Below, piece by piece: positions 37,415 through 48,368 of a stretch of DNA of 64,000 nt. Under the pieces are notes generated by a model. It saw only the letters and a program-made list of their open reading frames with translations, was not told where the DNA came from and did not search any database. How positions within the stretch are numbered: position 1 is the first letter of the stretch; the number at the start of each line of letters is the position of its first letter. The stretch comes from Mobula hypostoma (lineage: Eukaryota): contig NC_086097.1 of assembly GCF_963921235.1 (NCBI RefSeq), positions 125,614,001-125,678,000 on the forward strand. The letters run 5' to 3'. A program made the position numbers and the translations under genes.

Positions 37415-38015
37415 CAGTAGTGTGATCACACGAGTGGGGTACGATGTTCTCCTAAGGGGTTGTCTGTTGGCGGGTCCTCAGGTGGTTATAGAGGCCGATC
37501 CGGGATCCACACATTCTGTCATTCTGTGCAGCGTGGGCAAGAGTAAACAGTGGCTGTGGTTGATAGTTGTGACCTTTGGTTGTTCACTCTCTCCTTCTGC
37601 AGATGCCACTTGTTCTCTGCTGCACAGCAGAGGCAGTTCTTGTGTAGCGCGGCCCCCTCGAACAAATTTCCTCCAAGTGTATCTATTGAGTGTGATGTCT
37701 TCACAGTTTTTTGATGTAATGTTGAATCACTTCAAGCTGATTCGGATGTTATCTTTGAAGAGTTTTGTTTGCCCACCAGGGGCTCGCTGACCTTCCTTTA
37801 ATTGGGAATGAAGGATCTGTTTGGGGAGATGTGAGTTAGGCATCCAGACGACATGACCTATCCGTCAGAGTTGGTCTTGCTTTATCGTGGTGGAGATGCT
37901 GTTCGTGTTGGCCTCCTCCAGGACACCGATGTTAGTGCGTCTGCCCTTCAGCTCATCCTCAAAATCTTTTAGTAAGGATCTTTGGTGGTTTTGTTCCGGG
38001 TCTTTCAGGTAGCTG
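37415..38015 (-). mobile_element. RTE-clade LINE 3' fragment with C-terminal Zn-finger remnant
   Basis: Minus strand: GHVVWMPNSHLPKQILHSQLKEGQRAPGGQ...FKDNI..., then YSCPRC and (C)GSRIGLYNHLRT. Confidence 0.8.
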
Positions 38016-38255
38016 CTGTTCGCTCTACTTCAGTACAGGTGACAATAATAAACCAACTACCAGCATCGGGAATCAGGGAAGCAACTCAGCAGAGGGTTTT
38101 TCTGTATAGGTTTTATGCTACAGCAAGTTAAAAAGATCAAACACTTTGTGTGGGTGAGGATATGCAAGATTATGTTTAATTCATTATTGCACTGTATTTT
38201 GTTTTTATGTTAACCACGCAAAGCCAAGTCTGTTAAAACAACTCTACTATCCCAC

Positions 38256-38495
38256 AACACACATCAAAGTTGCTGGTGAATGCAGCAGGCCAGGCAGCAT
38301 CTCTAGGAAGAGGTGCAGTCGACATTTCAGGACAAGACCCTTCGTCAGGACTAACTGAAGGAAGAACTCTGACGAAGGGTCTCGGCCTGAAACGTCAACT
38401 GCACCTCTTCCTAGAGATGCTGCCTGGCCTGCTGCGTTCACCAGCAACTTTGATGTGTGTTGCTTGAATTTCCAGCATCTGCAGAATTCCTGTTG
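38256..38495. mobile_element. Palindromic mini-PLE with hammerhead cores on both strands
   Basis: About 90-bp inverted arms from the same subfamily as 45455-45570. 13-bp TSD tctactatcccac (38243-38255 / 38496-38508). Confidence 0.9.
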
Positions 38496-38999
38496 TCTAC
38501 TATCCCACCATAGGTTAACTGGCTATGCTGCCCCTGCCAATCCCACAACCTGAGAGTTAAATACTTGGCTTTAGCTTTACAGACAGAACAAATTAGAGAG
38601 CAGTCAGTCACACAGAGTGAACAGAGATCCATATTCCTGAAGACGGAAACAGCAACCTACCATAAACTACTGATTCACTACCACCTATCTCAGTGTCCAA
38701 TTTCACCCATTTTCTATAGTCCTGTGGAGGGTCTTTTCTAACTTAGAAACACATACGGAAGAACAGGTCATTATAAAAACAATCTCCCTATTGTTAACTA
38801 CAAACCAGGAAATAAATATGCTATTTACAGTAAATGGGATGAAACATTATACTGGATTTTTATTTTCTTCTCTTGTGAAATATTGACAATGACTGGGAGA
38901 AGGTTTAAATCCATTAAAAAGGAAAGCAACTGATGGAAATTAAGGTCCATGACCTAGAAGAGGCAAGGGGAATGAAGAGAGTTACTCTGATCAAGCTTC

Positions 39000-39093
39000 A
39001 GTGCAAGATCTACCAGACTGAAGATCCACCAGATCTAACGAGTGCAAGATCCACCAGATCTAACAAGAGTGCAAGATCCACCAGATCTACCAG
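39000..39093. repeat. Short imperfect tandem repeat (~25-27 bp unit)
   Basis: 'gtgcaagatccaccagatcta' recurs 3-4 times. Confidence 0.75.
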
Positions 39094-41514
39094 GTCTCAA
39101 GCAGGAAGAGAGTTTGGGTAGTACGCATAGAGCAATACAGTGAGGTCACTTGCAATCTCTAGTATATCCCATTAGCAATTACTGAGGGACCCTACAATGC
39201 CACCATTTCCTTTGAAAGGAATAAAAATTTATTTATTACACTGCAGTTGATACAGGTCTATCAATCTGTTCCACAGACTGCAGGAAATTAGATTCTTGTG
39301 GCAACACAGAGAGAAATCTCTTCATAAGGAACGAAGGCTGCACAGTTGGAATTAAGATGGAGATCAATTGATTTTGTGTTCACTCTCCATGGTGCTGTAA
39401 TAATCCACTTTAAACTGCTCAGGATGTTATTATGTCTAACTACAGCCATGAAAACCCCCATGGTCAACAATGTTATTTCCAGAAATTTCTATGCACAGTC
39501 CATAACACCCAGTGTTGCTAATCAAGACTCTATTTGGTAAGTGCAATACAAGTATTAGATGATGCGCGTGTCTTATGAGGATTGGTTGAGTGAGCTTGGG
39601 CTGGAACAAAGGAGGAGAGATGACTTGGTGGAGATGGACAAGATGATAGATCAAATAGGTAGCCAGAGATTTTTTCCCCCAGGGCAAAAATGGCTAATAT
39701 GAGGGGGTAAAATTTTGAGGTGATTGGAGGAAAGTTTGAAGGGATGTCAGAGGTTTTTTTTAAATACATTGTGGTGAGTGATATTCAATAAACTCTTATA
39801 GATAGGCACATGGATGATAGAAAAATGAATGGCTATGTGGGATGGAGGGGTTAGATTGATCTTAGAGTAGATTATAAGGTTGGCTCAATACCATGGACTA
39901 AAAGGCCTGTATGGTGCTGTAATGTTCTACGTTCTTTGTAAGTACGACCTAAGAGGAAAAGCCCTGCAGATGGACGAGTTCCAAAGCATACTTTGACTAG
40001 TGAATGACAAAGCACTGTGCTTTCTTGTTTCTGGCACACATACCACTGTTGGAATAAATAAATTACACTTCCAAATGGCTTAAATACAAAGTACAAAGTA
40101 AATTTATTGTCAAAGTATGTGCACTGTATGTCACCACATACACCCTGAGATTCATTTTCTTGTGGGCATTCACAGTAAATACAAAGAAGCACAACAGAAT
40201 CAGTGAAAGACTGCACACAAAGAAAAATGGACACACAACAAATGTCACATAGAGCCACATAAAAGAACCACATAGCAGACATTTTTGGTAAATGATTGCT
40301 ACAGAAGATTATTCTTCAGTTTTACTGGTCATACTGGGAGCAATTAAACAGAATATCCATAACAGAAGTTAGATTTGCTTCCTGAATTTTATAGGCATGG
40401 GCACTTAGAATAAACTGCAGTTTTATATTGACAATTTTTCCCTCAGAAGCTGGAATATGTAGATGCTTTTGAGAAAGAACACACAGCCCTGTACATTATC
40501 TTACTAGGTCTTACAAAACTAGAAAATTTGGAAATACAGCCATAGCATAAGAGGTTACACTGTGGTGCCTGCAACATCACAAAGCCAGAACTCCAGATTC
40601 GATCTTTATCTTGAGTGTTGACTGCGTGGTGTTTACATGTTCTCTCACTAACCGGATTGGCTTCCTCCAAGTATTCCCACATCTCATGGACATGCAAATT
40701 GACAGATTAACTAGCTGCTGTCAGTTGCCCCTGTTCTGTAAGTGAGTGGTAGAATCTGGGAAGAGAGTCAATGAGAATTTTTAAAAATTGTAATTGAAGA
40801 CCCAAGTTGGTGAGCCTGCAAGTTGAGGCCTGATGGTCGAGGCTCCTTGGGCGGGGCCTGGAAGTTGGAGGCCCGACGTTTGCAAGTCCGGGCCGGGGAC
40901 TGGAGGTTAGCAGTCTGGTGGTGGCCTGTCCTGGGACTGGAGAGCTTTCTGTGTGTGAATGTGGGTGGGTGGTGGGAATGAGAAAAGGGGTTCCTTTTGC
41001 TGTTGCTATTGTTGCTGCTTGTGTTGTGCTGCTGAACTCTGTGGTCATGCTGTGCTGGCACTGGAATCTACGGCAACACTTGCAGGCTGCTTCCGGCACA
41101 TCTTTAGGTTGTATTGGTTATTAACACAAACGATGCATTTCACTGTATGCTTCGATGTACATATAATAGATAAGTGCATCAGAATCTGAGTTAATGTAGC
41201 ATTAACATAAATGGTTGGCTGACAGTCAGCATGGCCTCAATGGGCTGAAGGGCCTGTTTCTGTGCTGAATCTATGACCCTTTGAGGTAGAGACATGAGTG
41301 TTTAGAGGAACATGTCAATGTACTGTACATTCAACTGTAATTTCATCAGGTTGCTCAGATACAAGGGAATGATAGATAAAATAATGATAACCTATCCTTC
41401 AAAGGTGTAAATCTCTCCATTGTATAGCATGGGGATTCCACGTGCAGCATGAGAAGGAAGCCATTGTCGGATTTGTTAAAAATCCAGCCACTCCAGTGGT
41501 GATGTCTGTTATTT

Positions 41515-42129
41515 GTCAAGTAGGGGACCGTGCACAATTCTGATTTGATGGAGACAGACGTGAGAGTACGGAGGAACATCTGGAAAACTTCTGAAATGCC
41601 CGCTTCGCTGCCGCTGCTACTGTGTGGTAACCGGAACCTCCAGAGCAGAAGGCCCCGAAATCCTCGGCTTTGCGTGTTTCAGCGGCCGGGGCGAGGTCGA
41701 AGACACTCAGCAGAGGATGGCGCTCAGGAGGATGTATCAGAGGGCTGGTCAGAGGCTCGAAGTTTTCGGACGGATGGACTCAGTGTCGGCTGTGGTCGGC
41801 TGCTTCCAAGGCATCGGCAGTTGTCGGTGCCTTGGAGGTTTATGGCAGGGAGTTTCTCCCTTTTGCTGCTTGCTATCGGGGACTCGGGAGTAATCGACTC
41901 GGGGACTTTTGAGACTTTTTTTACCGTGCCCATGGTTTGTTCTTCATCAAATTATGGTATTGCTTTGCACTGCTGTAACTATATGTTATAATTATGTGGT
42001 TCTGTCAGTGTTAGTCTTTGGTTTGTCCTGTTTTCTGTGATATCACTCTGGAGAAACATTGTATCATTTCTCAATGCATGTATGCATTTCTAAATGACAA
42101 TAAGAGGACTGAGTGTTCTCATAATCTAA
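41515..42129 (+). mobile_element. CpG-rich non-coding retroposon-like element
   Basis: Abrupt CpG-rich 5' half, AT-rich 3' half, ending 'aataag...taatctaa' like Rex-type tails. No TSD found. Confidence 0.55.
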
Positions 42130-42447
42130 ATAGCTTTATTTATCAAGTGTACATCAAAACATCCGGTGAAATGCGTTGTTTGTATCAAGTCAAATTGGCG
42201 AGGATTGCACTGGGCAGCCTGCAAGTGTTGCCACGCTTCCAGCACCAACACATAGCATGCCCACAACTCACCAACCCTAACGGTATTTGATTGGAATGTG
42301 GGAGGGAACCGGAGCACCCGGAACAAGCCCACACGGTCACGGGGAGAACGTACAAACTTCTCACGGGCAGCAGCTGGGAATCGAATCCCAATCTTACAGC
42401 TGGCACTGTAAAGCAATCCCATTAACCACTATGCTACCGTGCTGCCC
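42130..42447 (-). mobile_element. V-SINE (HE1-like)
   Basis: Minus strand: ggcagcacggtagcatagtgg (A-box), ggattcgattcc (B-box), V-domain 'gtttgtacgttctccccgtgaccg...gggtgctccggttccctcccacattcc'. Confidence 0.85.
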
Positions 42448-43685
42448 TGTTTAGGGTGTGGAATTATCATTTTTCTTGTAGTTTAATTTTCCTATGCTTG
42501 CTTGCATTTTTATGATGTTATGTACCCCTAGGGTTCATATTTTCTGTGGACTGTCACTTTAAAATGCCAGGAGAATAAGACTGACTTTTGGACACTGATT
42601 GAACTGCTCCAGAGAGAGACAGAGAGAGAGAGGTGGAGTTATTTGATGAACAATTGATGTTATCGTTTCTCTGCAGCTTGTTTTGAATATACAAGGACAC
42701 ACAGACACACACAGTTAGAGTCAAGATGGATTCAGTCAATGGAAGACACTAGTGAGTCGGTCGCTGGTTTAAACTTTCAGTAGCCCAAAAGGGGTGAGTT
42801 GAGATCGATCCTGAGAATTGATAAATGACTCTCACAAGTTTTCTGCAACTAGAACAAGTTTGCAGGAAGAGGAGAGAGGAGCGATAGGTTTGAAACAGAA
42901 GAAACTTGGTGACAAAGAGATCACTGTTTGGACTCTCTCTCTAAGTAGCTTGTGAGGGTGAGTTTGTTTCCATTCGACTACGAAAGTATGATTGTCACTT
43001 AGTTAATCCACTGGAGTGGGTTCTCTGGTGAGGGGAAAACCTTTGTGAATACCACATGTGTGTTTACCCTTTGTCTGGGTGTGGTAGTTCACTGAAGAAA
43101 GGCACCCCTGTGGCAAATCACTGTTGGAGTTATTTCATATGTTGTGGAACTGGATAAGTGGCTATCACGTTGTGTGTTTGAGGTAAATTTGTGGAATTTA
43201 CCAGTGTGTCGACCCTTGCCTGGGTGGTGGTTCCCTTGAAGAGAGTCCTCTTTGTGATAAGCTACTGTTGGTGATAATCCATACGTGGATTCTGTTGGAG
43301 TATCCTGTGGCCACCACTTTGAGATGTCCCGTAGCCCAATTCAGGTGTGGTACCACTTGTGTTGAAAGGATATTCATTGAAGATAACTGTCGGTGATATT
43401 TCATGTGTGGAGTGGAACAACTTCAGAGATAAAACCTACTACTATTGTTACCCTGTATTGCTGTCGTGGAATCTGTGGAATATCGACGTAATTGCCTTCT
43501 CACAACATTTGCCTCTGGATTACAAACATCTCACATTAATTAACCTGTGCATCTGAACTGAACTTTTCTTACCCACCATAGTAAGACTGTATTACTTATC
43601 ACCTAAGTTTGAAGAAGTTTGGGTTTTATATTTACACAGCTATATATGTATAAGCTCTGCTAACCTGTTTGATTTATCTGGTTTC

Positions 43686-45179
43686 GTTTCTGCATACCTC
43701 GACACTGTTTTATCACCCCTTGTTCAATCCCTTCCGACCTATGTTCGTGACACTTCTCACGCTCTTAAACTTTTCGATGATTTTAAGTTCCCTGGCCCCC
43801 ACCGCTTTATTTTCACCTTGGATGTCCAGTCCCTATATACTTCCATCCCCCATCAGGAAGGTCTCAAAGCTCTACGCTTCTTTTTGGATTCCAGACCTAA
43901 TCAGTTCCCCTCTACCACCACTCTGCTCCGTCTAGCAGAATTAGTCCTTACTCTTAATAATTTCTCCTTTTGCTCCTCCCATTTCCTCCAAACTAAAGGT
44001 GTAGCTATGGGCACCCGTATGGGTCCTAGCTATGCCTGCCTTTTTGTTGGGTTTGTGGAACAATCTATGTTCCGTGCCTATTCTGGTATCTGTCCCCCAC
44101 TTTTCCTTCGCTACATCGACGACTGCATTGGCGCTGCTTCCTGCACGCATGCAGAACTCGTTGACTTTATTAACTTTGCCTCCAACTTCCACCCTGCCCT
44201 CAAGTTTACCTGGTCCATTTCTGACACCTCCCTCCCCTTTCTAGATCTTTCTGTCTCTGTCTCTGGAGACAGCTTATCTACTGATGTCTACTATAAGCAT
44301 ACTGACTCTCACAACTATCTGGACTATTCCTCTTCTCACCCTGTCTCTTGCAAAAACGCCATCCCCTTCTCGCAATTCCTCCGTCTCCGCCGCATCTGCT
44401 CTCAGGATGAGGCTTTTCATTCTAGGACGAGGGAGATGTCTTCATTTTTTAAAGAAAGGGGCTTCCCTTCCTCCACTATCAACTCTGCTCTTAAACGCAT
44501 CTCCCCCATTTCACGTACATCTGCTCTCACTCCATCCTCCCACCACCCCACTAGGAATAGGGTTCCCCTGGTCCTCACCTACCACCCCACCAGCCTCCGG
44601 GTCCAACATATTATTCTCCGCAACTTCCGCCACCTCCAACGGGATCCCACCACTAAGCATATCTTTCCCTCCCCCCCTCTCTCTGCATTCCGCAGGGATC
44701 GCTCCCTACACAACTCCCTTGTCCATTCGTCCCCCCCATCCCTCCCCACTGATCTCCCTCCTGGCACTTATCCGTGTAAGCGGAACAAGTGCTACACATG
44801 CCCTTACACTTCCTCCCTTACCACCATTCAGGGCCCCAAACAGTCCTTCCAGGTGAGGCATCACTTCACCTGTGAGTCGACTGGGGTGATATACTGCGTC
44901 CGGTGCTCCCGATGTGGCCTTTTATATATTGGTGAGACCCGACGCAGACTGGGAGACCGCTTTGCTGAACATCTACGCTCTGTCCGTCAGAGAAAGCAGG
45001 ATCTCCCAGTGGCCACACATTTTAATTCCACATCCCATTCCCATTCTGACATGTCTATCCACGGCCTCCTCTACTGTAAAGATGAAGCCACACTCAGGTT
45101 GGAGGAACAACACCTTATATTCCGTATGGGTAGCCTCCAACCTGATGGCATGAACATTGACTTCTCTAACTTCCGCTAG
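43686..45179 (+). CDS. PLE reverse transcriptase-GIY-YIG endonuclease, N-terminally truncated, stop-free
   Basis: DVQSLYTSIP, GVAMGTRMGPSYA, FLRYIDD, Cys linker CKRNKCYTCP, GVIYCVRCSRCGLLYIGET...RFAEH. The frame is open 44 codons upstream of the track start at 43818. Confidence 0.92.
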   Translation, partial: VSAYLDTVLSPLVQSLPTYVRDTSHALKLFDDFKFPGPHRFIFTLDVQSLYTSIPHQEGLKALRFFLDSRPNQFPSTTTLLRLAELVLTLNNFSFCSSHFLQTKGVAMGTRMGPSYACLFVGFVEQSMFRAYSGICPPLFLRYIDDCIGAASCTHAELVDFINFASNFHPALKFTWSISDTSLPFLDLSVSVSGDSLSTDVYYKHTDSHNYLDYSSSHPVSCKNAIPFSQFLRLRRICSQDEAFHSRTREMSSFFKERGFPSSTINSALKRISPISRTSALTPSSHHPTRNRVPLVLTYHPTSLRVQHIILRNFRHLQRDPTTKHIFPSPPLSAFRRDRSLHNSLVHSSPPSLPTDLPPGTYPCKRNKCYTCPYTSSLTTIQGPKQSFQVRHHFTCESTGVIYCVRCSRCGLLYIGETRRRLGDRFAEHLRSVRQRKQDLPVATHFNSTSHSHSDMSIHGLLYCKDEATLRLEEQHLIFRMGSLQPDGMNIDFSNFR

Positions 45180-45471
45180 GCCCCACCTCCCCCTCGTACC
45201 CCATCTGTTACTCTTTTTAATGCACACATTCTTTCTCTCACTCTCCTTTTTCTCCCTCTGTCCCTCTGAATATACCTCTTGCCCATCCTCTGGGTCACCC
45301 CCCCCCGTCTTTCTTCCCGGACCTCCTGTCCCATGATCCTCTCGTATCCCCTTTTGCCTATCACCTGTCCAGCTCTCGGCTCTATCCCTCCCCCTCCTGT
45401 CTTCTCCTATCATTTTGCATCTCCCCCTCCCCCTCCAGCTTTCAAATCCCTTACTCACTCTTCCTTCAGTT

Positions 45472-45507
45472 AGTCCTGACGAAGGGTCTCGGCCTGAAAC
45501 GTCGACT
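45472..45507 (+). ncRNA. Minimal type I hammerhead ribozyme motif in the PLE pseudo-LTR
   Basis: AGTC-CTGACGA-AGGGTCTCGGCCT-GAAA-C-GTC-GACT; predicted cleavage after C45503. Confidence 0.8.
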
Positions 45508-46081
45508 GCACCTCTTCCTATAGATGCTGCTTGGCCTGCTGCGTTCACCAGCAACTTTGATGTATGTTGCTTATCTGGTTTTATGTTACTTTATTACGTA
45601 GTTACTAATAAAATAGAGTTAGTTAACAGCAGACCAGACTCCAGGTGTATTCCATTTCTGCTGGTTCTTTTAACCCGTTACGGGGTACGTAACAATATAA
45701 TCACTTATATACATGCAATTGCTCCACAAACAAGAGAAAATCTGCAGAAATCCGAGCAATACACACAAAATGCTGGAGGAACTCAGCAGGCCAGGCAGTG
45801 TCTGTGGAAAAGAGTACAGTCAACGTTTTGGGCCACTGAGTTCCTCCAGCATTTTGTGTGTGTTGCATGCAATTGCTCGGTCAGTTTTCCAGAAATTATG
45901 GTACAGTTGATTCTGCATTTTTCCAGAAGTTTCTTAGTTCATCTACAGCAGATTTCACACCACTTGAGTCTCGCCATTTTATATGTTAATTTTTATCACC
46001 GGAATTTTAAAAGATAGAACACCACAGCACAGTACAGGCCTTTTGACCAATAATGTTATGTCAACCTTTTAGCCTATTCCA

Positions 46082-46945
46082 ATTCAAAGTTCAAAGTAAA
46101 TTTATTATTCCAAGTACATATTGTCACCATATACAATCCTGAGATGTGTTTTCTTGTAGGTGTAGACAGTAAATCCAAGAAACGTAATAAAATCAATGAA
46201 AGACCACACCAACTGGGTAGTCAACCAGTGTGCAAAAGACAACAAACTGTGCAAATACAAAATGAAATAATAATAATAAATAAATATCAAGAACATGAGA
46301 TGAAGGGACCTTCAAACTGAGTGCATAGGATGGGGAGGGGAGTGAAGTTGAATTGTTATCCCCTTTGGTTCAAGACCCTGATGCTTGAGGGGTAATAACT
46401 CATCCTGAACCTAGTTGTGTGGGTCCTGGGGCTCCTGTACTTTCTTCTTGATGGCAGTAGGGAGAAGAGAGCATGGCCTGGGTGGTGGGTGTCCGTGTTG
46501 ATGAATGCTGCGTTCCTGTAACGGCACTCCTTGCAGATGTGCTCAATGGTAGGGAGAGCTTTACCTGTGATAGACTGGGTTGTATCCACTACATTTTGTC
46601 GGATTTTCCATTCAAGGGCATTGGTGTTTCCACACCAGACTGTGATGCAACCAGTCGTTATACTCTCCACCACATGTTTACAGATGTTTGACAAAGTTTT
46701 AGATGTCATACTGAATCTTCGCAAACTTCTAAGGAAGTAAAGGCACTGCCATGCTTTCTTCATAATGGCACTTACATAATGGGCCCAGGACAAATCCTCT
46801 GAAATAATAACCCCAAGGAATCTAAAGTTGATGACTTTCATCTCCTGATGGACCTCCAGTTTCCTCCTACTGAAGTCAATAATCAGCTCCTTGGTCTTGC
46901 TGACTTTGAATGAGAGGTTGTTGTTGTGGCATCACTCAGCTACAT
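46082..46945 (-). mobile_element. Rex1/Babar 3' fragment
   Basis: ORF 46356-46841: FRFLGVIISEDLSW...LYFLRSLRRF...HPGHALFSLLPS; (tttgaa)n tail. Confidence 0.88.
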
Positions 46946-47434
46946 TTTAAATCTCTCTCCTATATGCTCAAAAATCAATTTAACCCTTCCATCCTACATA
47001 GCCTCCAATTTTTTATCCCGCATGTGCCTATCTATGAGGCTCTTAAACGTCCCTAATGTATCTGCCTCTATCAGCACTCCTGGCAGGTTGTTTCATGCAC
47101 CCATCATTCTCTGCGGAAAAGAACCTTTGTGTTTATCTCTAATCTGAATATAAGACAACCATGACTTCTTTTCCTCTGTCTTTTCTTTGTTTATTCTTTA
47201 CCCTTGTAACATCTAATAAAGAAGCTGGAAGCAACAAGTTTTATTGCGTCAGTCTTGATTTCTGAATTGCAAAAACACCAGGATCCAACATTGCTCTTTG
47301 TACAAAATAATCATCTTTCACACTTGTATGCAATTCTCTGCTGGTTCAGGCAACAGGTTATTAGTAGGTAATAACACTGATGATCAGAGGCCTACACATT
47401 TCTCTCCCATATCTGCTGTCAAGTGCCACACCTG

Positions 47435-48368
47435 GGTGTCCAGTTCCTGGGTATCATCATCTCAGAAAATTTATCCTATGCCCAACATATTGGTGCAATC
47501 ACAAAGAAGACATGCCAGTGGCTATACTTCATTAGGAGTTTGAGGAGATTTGGTATCTCACCAAAGACACTCGCAGATTTCTACAGGTGTGTTGGCGCGT
47601 GGCCAAGTGGTTAAGGTGTTGGACTAGTGATCTGAAGGTCGCTAGTTCGAGCCTCAGCTGAGGCAGCGTGTTGTGTCCTTGAGCAAGGCACTTAACCACA
47701 CATTGCTCTGCGATGACACCGGTGCCAAGCTGTATCGGCCCTTGCCCTTCCCTTGGACAACGTCAGTGGCGTTGAGAGGAGAGACTTGCAGCATGGGCAA
47801 CTGCCGGTCTTCCATACAACCTTGCCCAGGCCTGCGCCCTGGAAACCTTCTAAGGTGCAAATCCGTGGTATCACGAGACTAACGGATGCCTAAAAACTGG
47901 GGGGAGCACCCTAACTGATTACATCACCATCTGGTATGGAGGAGGCACTACAAAGGATCAGAAAAAGCTGCAGGGAATTGTAAACTCAGCCGGTTCCATC
48001 ATGGGCACTAGCCTCCCTACCATCGAGGCCATCCTCAAACAGCAATGTCTCAAAAAGGCAGCGCCTATCATTAAGAACCATCAGCAACATGCCTTCTTCT
48101 CACTGCCACCATCAGGGAGGAGATACAGAAGCCTGAAGACACACATTCAGTGGTTCAGGAACAGCTTCTTCCCCTCCACCATCCGATTTCTGAACGGACA
48201 ATGAACCCATAACACTACCTCACTATTTTTTGCTCTCTTTTTGCACTGCTTATTAATCTTGTTTTATATTATTCTTATAATATATAGTATTTTTTGTGTG
48301 TTGCACTGTACCTCTGCCACAAAACAACAGATTTCATGACATACGCCAGTGCTAATAAGTCTGACTCT
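47435..48368 (+). mobile_element. Rex1/Babar 3' fragment carrying a nested SINE
   Basis: FLGIIISENLSY...LYFIRSLRRFG before the SINE; ...HAFFSLPPSGRRYRSLKT...FRNSFFPSTIRFLN after it. Confidence 0.85.
47590..47891 (+). mobile_element. tRNA-derived CORE-like SINE, same family as 23275-23581
   Basis: A-box TGGCCAAGTGG and B-box GTTCGAGCC; colinear with the first copy. Confidence 0.9.

Larger units (their letters stand above)
43685..45570 (+). mobile_element. Young 5'-truncated Penelope-like element (probably Neptune clade)
   Basis: RT and GIY-YIG ORF followed by a pseudo-LTR. TSD ttatctggttt (43674-43684 / 45571-45581). Confidence 0.95.
42516..45694 (+). mobile_element. Solo LTR (Gypsy-like, ~1.28 kb) split by a PLE insertion
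   Basis: Termini TGTTATGTACCCC / GGGGTACGTAACA (12/13 inverted match); AATAAA at 45607-45612; internal ~145-bp duplication. The flanks atga/atat match only partly. Confidence 0.75.

Noticed and set aside
39346..39542. ORF ending at a TTG|gtaagt donor
   Set aside because: No recognisable homology and a weak acceptor; cannot be supported without RNA data.
47124..47290. Possible LTR 3' end (AATAAA ... CAACA)
   Set aside because: No 5' terminus, TSD or partner found.
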